From positions 8,097 through 72,096 of the IMG/VR virus record IMGVR_UViG_3300011008_000041: 64,000 nt of DNA; one strand, written 5' to 3'. The position numbers and the translations under genes were made by a program. The DNA comes from a virus (taxonomy: Duplodnaviria; Caudoviricetes). Shown piece by piece: positions 16,401 through 25,400 of this stretch. How positions within the stretch are numbered: position 1 is the stretch's first letter; every line of letters starts with the position of its first letter. The notes beneath the pieces are model-generated. The model was not told the DNA's origin. It ran no database searches and saw only the letters and a list, made by a program, of their open reading frames with translations.

Positions 16401-16842
16401 TGAAAGAGCTGTGACCGAGTATAAAGTCCAATTCAAACTCGGCCAGGCTATGACAGAATATATAGATGCATTCGTATGGGAAACTGTCAAAGATGGTTCA
16501 CTTACCTGGCACAGGAAAAGAGAGATTGGCGCATGCAAATCACTTAAAGAGGCGTCTGATATAGCCGAAAGGATGGCAAAAAGTTGGCCCGACAAAGCAA
16601 ATCCTCTTCAGGCAACGCGGATTGTGTCTCGTGTAAAAATCGTTACCGATTGGGATCCGGAAGAGGGGAGCGAAAAACAATTCCTTGAGCCCATTCGCAG
16701 AAGCGAACTGTGGCCAAGACTTGTAGAAGAGAGAAAAATAAGGGAGCAAACAAAACTTGAAACAGTTGCAGCCCAAATAAATTCTGCCAACACCACCGAA
16801 GAAGTCCTTTCCATCTTGCGCGATTTCAAATACGCTTATTAA
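16384..16842 (+). CDS. hypothetical protein, AT-richer than neighbours
   Basis: 152-aa ORF; start uncertain. Confidence 0.5.
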   Translation: MNLLNDERAVTEYKVQFKLGQAMTEYIDAFVWETVKDGSLTWHRKREIGACKSLKEASDIAERMAKSWPDKANPLQATRIVSRVKIVTDWDPEEGSEKQFLEPIRRSELWPRLVEERKIREQTKLETVAAQINSANTTEEVLSILRDFKYAY

Positions 16843-16853
16843 GGAGGTACACC

Positions 16854-17147
16854 ATGAACACAATCGAGAGGATCAATATGGTCAAGGCCATGGAGTACAT
16901 CTGTCGAAACATCAACGATGAAGAGGTTGTCATGACATGGCTTGCCTGCGGCGTCGCTGACGGCGACATCATTTACGGGGACCTTGGCACAAAGGGAACC
17001 GACCCAGAGGAACTAGAATACTACATTGAGGATAAAACGTTTGCTGACCTCATGGACACATTCCTTCGCTGCATGAAACGCGCCTGCAAATCTGGCGGGC
17101 TGTATTGCGACAGCGTGGTCAGCAAAGCGGATAAAGGGAGTGAATGA
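16854..17147 (+). CDS. conserved hypothetical protein
   Basis: AAGGAGG RBS; 97 aa. Confidence 0.65.
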   Translation: MNTIERINMVKAMEYICRNINDEEVVMTWLACGVADGDIIYGDLGTKGTDPEELEYYIEDKTFADLMDTFLRCMKRACKSGGLYCDSVVSKADKGSE

Positions 17148-17150
17148 CAC

Positions 17151-17543
17151 ATGACGATAGGTGAAAGAATCAGGTCCGTACGAGAAGCGGCGGAAATGTC
17201 GCAGCAGGAACTGGCTGAACGTGTAGGTGTTCTTTACCAAGCCATCAGTCAGTGGGAACGTGGAGTGCGGTCACCAAAATATCAATCACTACTAAAAATC
17301 GCGGACGCTCTCGATATTGACGTAACGGAACTAATTACAGGAACAAAATCCGATCTGCATCCGCAATCCGATCAGCGCCCGTGTGCAATTTGGCAGGGCC
17401 ACAACGTAATCGGCTACATCGGTCTGACCAAACTTCAACGTGACACACTCAACGCCATACCGGGCATCGGCTGCTATTTTGGTAGCGACCCGTTGACCAA
17501 TCCGGAGATGTATAGCAATACAGATGACACCATGGAGGATTAA
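17151..17543 (+). CDS. XRE HTH protein with C-terminal extension
   Basis: MTIGERIRSVREAAEMSQQELAERVGVLYQAISQWERG. Confidence 0.8.
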   Translation: MTIGERIRSVREAAEMSQQELAERVGVLYQAISQWERGVRSPKYQSLLKIADALDIDVTELITGTKSDLHPQSDQRPCAIWQGHNVIGYIGLTKLQRDTLNAIPGIGCYFGSDPLTNPEMYSNTDDTMED

Positions 17544-17546
17544 CAC

Positions 17547-17759
17547 ATGACCAAACCCACCATCCACTTCAACAGCCGCGGGGAGAGCGGCAATATCTTC
17601 TGGATCCTGGGGGCGGTCAAAACCGCCCTCCACAAACAGCGGAGGATCACCGACTATAACAACCTGCGCGACCGTGTGACTGCCTCCGGCTCCTACAACG
17701 AGGCCCTGTCTATCATCCGGGAATACGTCGATTTGGTAGACGATGACAGCGAAGTGTGA
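17547..17759 (+). CDS. conserved small mobile-element protein
   Basis: GNIFWILGAVKTAL...SYNEALSIIREYV motif. Confidence 0.65.
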   Translation: MTKPTIHFNSRGESGNIFWILGAVKTALHKQRRITDYNNLRDRVTASGSYNEALSIIREYVDLVDDDSEV

Positions 17760-17890
17760 CAGACACCTCCTGATTACCCTCTCTCGCCCTCTCCGTTGCG
17801 TTGCAACGGCGTTCTTCGAGACTTCCCCTATAGTTACATGGTATGGAAGAAAAGCACGAGGGAACGCAAAGAAACGACACAAAACGAAAA

Positions 17891-17927
17891 AACACCCCTC
17901 CCGATCGCAATTGATCGAGAGGGGTGT
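17891..17927. terminator. hairpin where the accessory and lysis transcripts converge
   Basis: acacccctcccgatc-gcaatt-gatcgagaggggtgt flanked by an A tract. Confidence 0.55.
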
Positions 17928-18150
17928 AGTCATAGGAGCCTCGTAATTATTTTACGAGGCTGTTGCGAGGTCGTTACGAGGTTGCAAGGTTGTTGCAAGG
18001 TTTTGAAAGGTTAATCGCTGATACCGCTACCGCCGTCTTTGTGCTTCCAATAGACAAGCAGACACACAATCCCGAACACAGCTGCCAAAGCCACGACGCA
18101 GCCGACAAAGCCGCCGATCAGGAACGCCCACCATGACCACGGGCTCATGA

Positions 18151-19650
18151 TCAGAACCCAAGCTTGGCGAACTCGCCGCGCGTCTGATCTCCGACGATGC
18201 CGTCCACCGTGATGCCACGAGCCGCCTGGAAGCGCTTGACCGCGTCACTGGTGTCTGTGCCGTACTCGCCGTCGATCCCGTAGGACCCCACGGAATAGCC
18301 GAGGGCCTCCAGTGCGTACTGGATAGCCTTCACGCCGTCATGCCGCTTGCCGTAGCGAACAAGGCCCGTGGTGGCGCTGGCACGGCCATAAGGATAGACC
18401 ACCACAGGGACGACAATAGCTTCGACCTGAGCAACCGTCAGGCCATTGAGACCAGCGTTCAGCATAATCGCCGGATAGTCCTTGTACGCCAGATCCATGT
18501 CGCAGTTGCCGGCGATGCCAGCGACCTTACCCGTGCTGCCATACTGCCAGATACCGCAGCTCTTGGACGGTGCGGACACGCCCCAATGAGCGAGCCAGAG
18601 GTCGAACTGCGTCAGCTTGGAGAAGCCGCGGTTCAGGTAGTCCCAGTTGGTGTAGTTTACGGCGTAATAGCCGCGCTGCTCCACACGGGCGAGGAAAGTG
18701 TCAGCAAGGGCCACGATGTCGGGCGAATACCCAGCGGCCTTGGACTTGACATCAGAGTCATACTCGTAGTCAAAAGCCAGAGGGAACGTGACGGGCAGTC
18801 CAAGGCTCTCCACAGCGTCGCAGAGGTAGTCTGCCTCAGCACGAGCCATGTCCTTGGTATAAGCATAGGAGAACCAGTAGAAGCCCACATGGACCCCAGC
18901 CTTGATAGCTCCTAGCGCATTGGCCTTGAACTGCTGGTCGATATGGCCCACACCATAGCCGGCGCGGATCATAGCGAACGCCACGCCGTCGGCCTTGGCC
19001 TTCTGCCAGTCGATAGTACCCTGCCAAGTGGACACGTCCACGCCCTTCGCGGGCAAAGCCAGCACCGCGTCGGCAAGGTCCTGAGTCAGCGACTCCGTGG
19101 CAGGCTCCGCCTCCGCAGTCTCCTCGTCCTCCCACATGGGGCGCCCGTAATCGGCGATGTAAGGATCCCAGCGGGAATAGGTGCAAACCTGAACGCGGTT
19201 GCCTTTGTTGCCCTCGATGATCGTTACGGTGGCGTCATCGACAGCTACCACGCCGCCAGTATGGACGATGCTGCCACCCTGCTGGAAGAAAGCCTGATCG
19301 CCCACCTCCGGCGTGGTATACAGCCGCCCGTGGTCACGGTAGTAGCCACGGCTCCACGGGCAACCAGCGCCGTATAGAGTGCCGATCTGGAACTGCATCG
19401 TCTGAGCCTTATCGGCGTCGCCGCCGCAGGCCTGAAGCAGGCACCAGTCATAGAACATATCGCACCATTCAAAGCCCTGCTTGGACGCCTGGTAGTAACC
19501 AGCCTCGGCCAGATCTCTGGCGTACTTGGTGTAATTGTTGGAGCCGGCGTTCGCGGCCTTGTCGTCTAGGTATGCGTTGGAGGCCTTCTCGTAGTAGCCG
19601 ACCTCACCCTGCATAACCGCGACCATCTTCTTCGCAGTCACCTTACTCAT
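18151..19650 (-). CDS. endolysin: CHAP + GH25 muramidase + peptidoglycan-binding domain
   Basis: EWCDMF and HTG (CHAP); GVDVSTWQG, AFDYEY, WQYGS (GH25); DGEYGTDT...DGIVG (PG_binding_1). Confidence 0.9.
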   Translation of the reverse strand: MSKVTAKKMVAVMQGEVGYYEKASNAYLDDKAANAGSNNYTKYARDLAEAGYYQASKQGFEWCDMFYDWCLLQACGGDADKAQTMQFQIGTLYGAGCPWSRGYYRDHGRLYTTPEVGDQAFFQQGGSIVHTGGVVAVDDATVTIIEGNKGNRVQVCTYSRWDPYIADYGRPMWEDEETAEAEPATESLTQDLADAVLALPAKGVDVSTWQGTIDWQKAKADGVAFAMIRAGYGVGHIDQQFKANALGAIKAGVHVGFYWFSYAYTKDMARAEADYLCDAVESLGLPVTFPLAFDYEYDSDVKSKAAGYSPDIVALADTFLARVEQRGYYAVNYTNWDYLNRGFSKLTQFDLWLAHWGVSAPSKSCGIWQYGSTGKVAGIAGNCDMDLAYKDYPAIMLNAGLNGLTVAQVEAIVVPVVVYPYGRASATTGLVRYGKRHDGVKAIQYALEALGYSVGSYGIDGEYGTDTSDAVKRFQAARGITVDGIVGDQTRGEFAKLGF

Positions 19651-19843
19651 GATCGTCAACCTCCGGCAGTCCCGCCACGCTCGTCAGCAGAGACAGGACG
19701 CCCGCCAGCACCGCGGCGCTCGCCACGTTGATCCAGTTCACGTCCCCAAGCAGGGCAGACGTGCCGATCATGGCCACAGCGGTCTGGGCGACGGTCTTGA
19801 TAGCGCGGACACCCGCAGCCTTGATCCAAGTGGTTTTCTTCAT
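19643..19843 (-). CDS. holin (r1t/Dp-1 type)
   Basis: WIKAAGVRAIKTVAQTAVA...SLLTSVAGLPEV. Confidence 0.9.
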   Translation of the reverse strand: MKKTTWIKAAGVRAIKTVAQTAVAMIGTSALLGDVNWINVASAAVLAGVLSLLTSVAGLPEVDDHE

Positions 19844-19844
19844 A

Positions 19845-20138
19845 TCAATCGTTCCTTTCTTTCCGGCCTTCCAGCCGGTCAATTCTATGGTGAGCCTGAT
19901 TCGCAGAGGATTCCACGGAGGCCAGGCGCTCCCGGATCTCCGTGTTCATCTGCCGCTGATCCTTCTGCTCTGCTTTGATGTCGTCGATGCCGGACTTGAT
20001 ATACCCAAGTTCTGTCATGACGGTCCCGGACTCCCGGCCTTCGGCCTTGTTTTCCTTCTTGGTGCTCAGGCGATGACCGGCATACGCAACCAGCAACGCG
20101 AGCAACGCGCAGAGTGCACCGATTTCAACATTCGTCAT
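19845..20138 (-). CDS. lysis-module membrane/coiled-coil protein
   Basis: N-terminal TM helix; ERLASVESSANQAHHRID. Confidence 0.75.
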   Translation of the reverse strand: MTNVEIGALCALLALLVAYAGHRLSTKKENKAEGRESGTVMTELGYIKSGIDDIKAEQKDQRQMNTEIRERLASVESSANQAHHRIDRLEGRKERND

Positions 20139-20536
20139 TCGGCCTCGCCCTCGCTCTCCTCGGTGGCGTTCTCCGGCTCACCCTCGTCTTCCTGAACAGC
20201 ACCGGAATCATCCTCCGGATCCTCTGGCTCCGGGAACTCGTCGCTCTCATCGAGGTTGACGAAGTACTGGGAAACGCCGCCATCCATATAGAAGTGGCCG
20301 ATCATAGTCCCGTCAGGCAGATTGTGGGTCTGCGTTCCGGTGATGTACATTCCCTCCACCGTTTGGTAGAGTTCGCCGTCATCCATGATCTTCACTTCTG
20401 CAAGGTTGGCCTCCGTGAGCTTTCCCCAAATCCTCTGAAACGCCGTTTTACTGGCACAGGACACAACAAGATGCCTGTCCCCGATCGACTCCGGCATAAG
20501 ATCGATCACAGTTTCATCCACAAGAATCATCTGCAT
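20135..20536 (-). CDS. acidic hypothetical protein
   Basis: 133-aa ORF in operon. Confidence 0.6.
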   Translation of the reverse strand: MQMILVDETVIDLMPESIGDRHLVVSCASKTAFQRIWGKLTEANLAEVKIMDDGELYQTVEGMYITGTQTHNLPDGTMIGHFYMDGGVSQYFVNLDESDEFPEPEDPEDDSGAVQEDEGEPENATEESEGEAE

Positions 20537-20688
20537 GGTAACTATCCCCCTGTTCCTTTAAAATTGAATTGTGGTGGTATTACAGGAACTTCTTCATGGC
20601 GCTCACCTCCAAAAAGAAAAGCCCGTGGTCACCCACGAGCTTCGGTTTATATATGGCTGCAACAAAAAAGGAGCCGCCGCAGCGACCC

Positions 20689-20883
20689 CTATATCGGGAT
20701 GTCATCAGGTAATTCATCCGCGCCGATAATGCGCGAATAGGCATCCTCGACGCCCTTGACCGCCTCCCTCTCAGCATCGTCCAGGCTTTCCACCTGTGCC
20801 AGCTTCTCCGAGAGGTTCCGAACTAGCCTGATTTGCCGCTCCACCAGATAGCAGAGTTCCTCGATCAGTTGCAGGTTTGACAT
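20689..20883 (-). CDS. small helical protein downstream of the DGR RT
   Basis: 64 aa with AGGAG RBS. Confidence 0.65.
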   Translation of the reverse strand: MSNLQLIEELCYLVERQIRLVRNLSEKLAQVESLDDAEREAVKGVEDAYSRIIGADELPDDIPI

Positions 20884-20893
20884 GGCGTTCCTC

Positions 20894-21964
20894 CTATGCG
20901 GCTTTCGGCATGGCCATACTGTGTTCCCTCACAACATCTTTCAGCACCTTCGCACTTATTGGGTCGAAATACTTCACCCGGATATTGTAAGAGTTGCAAT
21001 GCTTGAGCTGCCCCGCACGGGATAGGAGCCCTGACGCAGAGTGGAAGGGTATCTTCCTGCCCTCGTCGATCATGCGCTGTACGCGCCGGCACTGCTGGGC
21101 ATAGCGAAGGAAGTTCCTGCGGCGGAGTGTTGTATGGGAATGGTAGAACCGGAATCCGACAAAATCAATGCCGCGGGCATCGACCGGGAACACCTGCCAG
21201 TTTTCTTTCAGGCGCAGGCCGAGGCCAGAGAGGAACGCGGCTATGGACTTCCTGGCCTTGTGGAGCAGCTTTTTGTTCGGCCCCATCAAAACCATATCGT
21301 CCATGTTCCGAGTGTAGTATTTCACCCCTGGGAGCGTGCAGATATGACGATCCAGCGGTTCCAGATAGAAGTTCGCCAGCCATTGGTTGATATAGAAGCC
21401 AATGGCGAGCCCGCCGTCTGAATTGGAGGTCATGATATCGTACACGGTTTTCAGGAATAGCTTATCCTTGATCTTCCGGGCCAGCGCCCAGATCAGACGC
21501 CGTGGCGAGATTGAAGGATAGAAGTGCTTGATGTCCATCTTCAAGCAGTATTTTGTGCCCTTATGGTCATTCCGCAGGGCACGGCGTACATAGTTCATGG
21601 CGCATTTGTTCCCGCGTCCGGGGATGGATGCGCAGGACCAGCGGTACATACCACGCATGAGGATGTCTTCCATGGCCATTACGCAAAGTTGGTGCATAAG
21701 ACCGTCAGGATAAAACGGTACGATCTGTATCGTTCTCTCCTTCATGCAAGTACGATCAAATATCACCTTTGATCGAGGCGTGGTTGGGATATAGGAGCGT
21801 GTCATCAGCATTTCATAGGCTTGATCGACATAGCTTTCCTCGTCGGCCAGCACGATCTTTACATCCCAGCGATTACGCTTTCCTCGTGTCCCTTCGCGGA
21901 TAGCGGCGCGGATCATGTCCTTGTCACACATCCGCTCATAGATGTGGCCCACTCTATGGGGCAT
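20894..21964 (-). CDS. DGR reverse transcriptase
   Basis: About 356 aa from MPHRVGH. KMDIKHFYPSI, GLAIGFYINQWLANFYL, RNMDD and IDFVGF motifs; adjacent TR. Confidence 0.93.
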   Translation of the reverse strand: MPHRVGHIYERMCDKDMIRAAIREGTRGKRNRWDVKIVLADEESYVDQAYEMLMTRSYIPTTPRSKVIFDRTCMKERTIQIVPFYPDGLMHQLCVMAMEDILMRGMYRWSCASIPGRGNKCAMNYVRRALRNDHKGTKYCLKMDIKHFYPSISPRRLIWALARKIKDKLFLKTVYDIMTSNSDGGLAIGFYINQWLANFYLEPLDRHICTLPGVKYYTRNMDDMVLMGPNKKLLHKARKSIAAFLSGLGLRLKENWQVFPVDARGIDFVGFRFYHSHTTLRRRNFLRYAQQCRRVQRMIDEGRKIPFHSASGLLSRAGQLKHCNSYNIRVKYFDPISAKVLKDVVREHSMAMPKAA

Positions 21965-22089
21965 AGGGCATTCCTCCTTGTTTGCCTCAAGGCCGTTCGA
22001 GAGTGAACCTACTAAGCCCTGTCCTGACGGCAAGATTTTTACCGAGCGGTATGGACTTATCTGCGCACGTGTGCGTGAGAAAACAAGGT

Positions 22090-22221
22090 GTCGGGAGCCG
22101 AGGTTCGCGTTGGTGTTCGAGGCCGCGTTGTTGGCGTTGAAGTAGAAGAAGCCATAGTTATCGTTGCTGTTATAGTTGCCGCCAACGTTCAGCGCTTGGT
22201 CGCCGGTGTTCGAGTTGACGT
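22090..22221 (-). repeat. DGR template repeat (TR)
   Basis: 132 bp, AAC-rich on the minus strand; aligns ungapped with 22483-22614. Confidence 0.95.
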
Positions 22222-22368
22222 GAACACCCAGCAGAACGGGCTCGCATGGCGCAAATAATCCCGCAGGGGATGATAGCACACATTCTGCTGGTACGCTTGA
22301 AAATGGAAAAGGTTTACACACAGGTGTCGGTGTATTACGCCAAGCGTAATTTTTGAATTTTATAAAAC

Positions 22369-22385
22369 GTGGGGCTCCGCCCCAC
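22369..22385 (-). other. GC hairpin with GGA loop between VR and TR
   Basis: gtggggc-tcc-gccccac perfect 7-bp stem. Confidence 0.5.
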
Positions 22386-22438
22386 ACCCCGGTTAAGGGG
22401 TGCATACGAGGACGGAGCCACAGCGTTTTAACGAACCT

Positions 22439-22458
22439 CCGGGGGTTGCGACCCCCGG
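22439..22458 (-). other. DGR post-VR hairpin/cruciform
   Basis: ccgggggt-tgcg-acccccgg perfect 8-bp stem just after the target stop codon. Confidence 0.75.
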
Positions 22459-22465
22459 ACCCCCG

Positions 22466-25400
22466 TTAGGGGATATAAAGGAGTCGGGAGCCGAGGAACG
22501 CGCTGGTGTACGAGGCCGCGTAGTAGGCGCTGAAGAAGAAGAAGCCAAAGTTATCGTCGCTGAGATAGACGCCGCCAACGTTCAGCGCTTGGTCGCCGGT
22601 CTTCGAGTTGACGTAGTCTGGGACATACGTACTCGCAGAGCCTCCCGACGCTGCATCAGGAATGAAGGCGTACGGGCACTCTTCGCTGTAACCAAAGCCA
22701 GTAATATACTGTGAAGACGGGAGTGTAATACCCGTCTCAACGAGTGCACTCTTGTTATCGGCAAACGAGGCATTGTCCAGACTGGTGTATACCGCTCTGC
22801 TGGATGCCATAAAGCCATCCACCCAGTCACGCACGTTACTGAACGGATCCTCGACCCATCGGTACTGGTTATGTGCGCCATTGAGTTTCAGCGTGTGATA
22901 CGCCGCGCCGGTCGTGCCGCCGCAGTTGCTGATCGAACCCGTATTCCAGCCCGTTCCAAGAGTATTCTGGCTATGGAAGTTGGCAAACTCGACCAAGTAG
23001 AGCATCTGCAGAGCCGACCACGAGGCAATGTCCAGCATGTACCAATTCGTACCCTTGTTATGGGAGTAGGTGCGGAAGTTGGTACGGGTGGTGTTCACCA
23101 ACAGTGCCGCACCGGATTTGGAATAGACCGCCGAGGAATCACCGGAAGTATGGAAGCGGCCAATATACCGCCCGGAGCCGGGATGCTTCACAAAGCCGGT
23201 CTTTGCAGTCGGCGAGATTGCCCACATCCACTTGCTGTTTGCGGTGTCCTTATAGGCGGTGTAGTAGAACTCCGGGATGTAGACCACGGTATCGTAGTCC
23301 GTTTCCGAGAAGCCTGCGTCATCTTCGGAATAGGAGATTGCACCGTCGATGACGTTGTACCGCTTCATGCCGCTCCACGGCAGGATGTTGTCAAACGGAG
23401 AGGAGCCGGATCCAGCAAGGGACGTGGCCGGCGAAGGATCGGAGAACGAGGCCGCAAGGCCGAGCCTTGTGAGGGCGGGGCTGGAATTGGCGTAGTTCCA
23501 TTCGACGCCGTATGCGCCGTCTGCGCTGGTGGCGGTGGGAACCTCCACATTGCTTGCCGCCTTGAACTGCGCGTAGCAGGATGTATTGGCGGTGATGTTG
23601 GTGTTGCTGGGGTTCCAACCGATGAACGTGCCACCGTTGGGGTCAACAGGGGTCTCTCCGGTATAGTTTGCGGTGCCTCCCGAAGTGACGCCCGTAACGG
23701 TCTGCAAAAGGGTCGTGCCATTGTAGAAATAGACCGTGTACGTCACGATGTACGACGCTGTGTAGGTGGCGTTGCCAGTAACTGTGGTGACTGTCGGTGT
23801 CCACCCCTGGAACGAACCGCCGCCCGACACCGGATTCTGAGGCGTGGAGCCGTTATAGGTGGGCGTCGCACCATACGGGACGTTGGTATCGGTCTCAAGC
23901 GTGGTGCCGTCGCTGTTCTTCCAAGTAATCGTGTACGTCCGCACCGTCCAGGAATAGGCCGCGTAAACGGTACGATCCTCCAGGACGTTGGTCGTGCACC
24001 CGCTTTCCGCTGTCTGCTGGTCCTGCTGAGTGTTCCAGCCAACAAACGAATAAGAGTACTGCGCAGTCGAACTTCTGGTGGGGGCGGTCGGCGCGCTCTC
24101 CTGCGGGACGCCATCAATGCAGGTGACAGTCTTCAGCGTCGAGCTGCCGTCATAGGTCTTGTAGGTCAGGTAACTTGTGGTGTGATCAGCCGTCACGGAC
24201 AGATAGGGATAAGCCTCAAGTCTGGTGTTGATCGCGGCGAGTTCGGCTCCTGTGAGGGAGCTGGTATGAATGGTGCCGGACACCTGGGCCGTGTCCATGT
24301 TGTTGCCATATTCATCCAAGCCGCGCATTACATCGAGCTTGTCGAGCAGGGCGTTGATCTCCGTAGCACCCGCCGCTTCCCACGCAAGCCCAATCAGACG
24401 CACACGGGAAGCCGCAGGGATCGCGTTCAGGATTGCCTTGCTGTTAACCGCCGAGCTGACGTTCTCCAGCCACAAAGTAGAGATATTGGAGTAAGACGGG
24501 ATGGTAAAATCCGCAATCGCCGTCTGATTGCGGATGGTCAGGTTGGTGATCGTAGAAGGAAGATGCAGCACTTTCAGAATGCCGCCGTTCGGAAGATCAA
24601 TACCGGTGATGACCGTGCCGTCGAAGTACACGTTCTCGATGTTGGCGCAACCCGAGATATCCACCGACTTCATATCGCCAGTGCCAAGGCCGGCGCAGTT
24701 ACGCACATCCAGCGTGCGGAGCAGGGTGTTATTGCCAAGGTACAGCTCTTTGAGGTTGCCGTTGGAGTAGGATCCGGAACTATCGCCGAGCTTGATGCTC
24801 TGCAACTTTGTGGCCATGCTGAAATCAGCAAAGCCGACTTTCAAACCAGAGAGGTCACCCACGGCCGCAAGCTGAGACGCAGAGTAGATGTAGATTTCGG
24901 TATCGTTCACGTTATCCAGCGGGCAGATAAGCGTGTATGCCTGATTGCGCGTGGCGCGGGTCTGCACGAGGTAAGAGCCGTACTTCACCGAGGCGTACAC
25001 GTCAGCATACGGGGTAACGGTGATGTTCGACTTCGCGTAGCCGCGGAGCTGGATCACGTCGCTCTGTGCGTCGCCGGCGTTGTACTTCGAGTCGATGTAG
25101 CGGAAGCGGTTGTAGAGCCACCATTTGCGCTGTTCGGCCTTCGAGCCCTGCAGCATGGCGAGATACGCGCCGGAGCCGTCCTCGACCAAAGGTGCAAGGT
25201 ATTTGAACCAGGCGTCTTCATTGAAGACTGCCTCGCCCCATTTCTCCTGGTGTTCCTCAAACGCGGTCTCGACCCTCGCATACGACAGCGCCCCGCTCGA
25301 GCGAAGCGTCTGATACATAGCCTTGATCTCGTCATAGAAGGCCTGACGCATGTTGATCCAGAGGACAGACTGCTGACCATTGAAGACATCTGCGCCGCCC

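Noticed and set aside
17960-18012. Degenerate ttgcaagg-like tandem repeats near the convergent terminator
   Set aside because: Only 4-5 short imperfect copies; no function can be supported.
20894-21964. Group II intron or retron RT
   Set aside because: It is short, has no maturase/endonuclease domain, and a TR/VR pair with A-specific mismatches is adjacent.
21965-22405. N-terminal extension of the RT ORF (503 aa in the track)
   Set aside because: The frame is open only because it runs through the AAC-rich TR. An AGGAGG RBS precedes ATG 21964.
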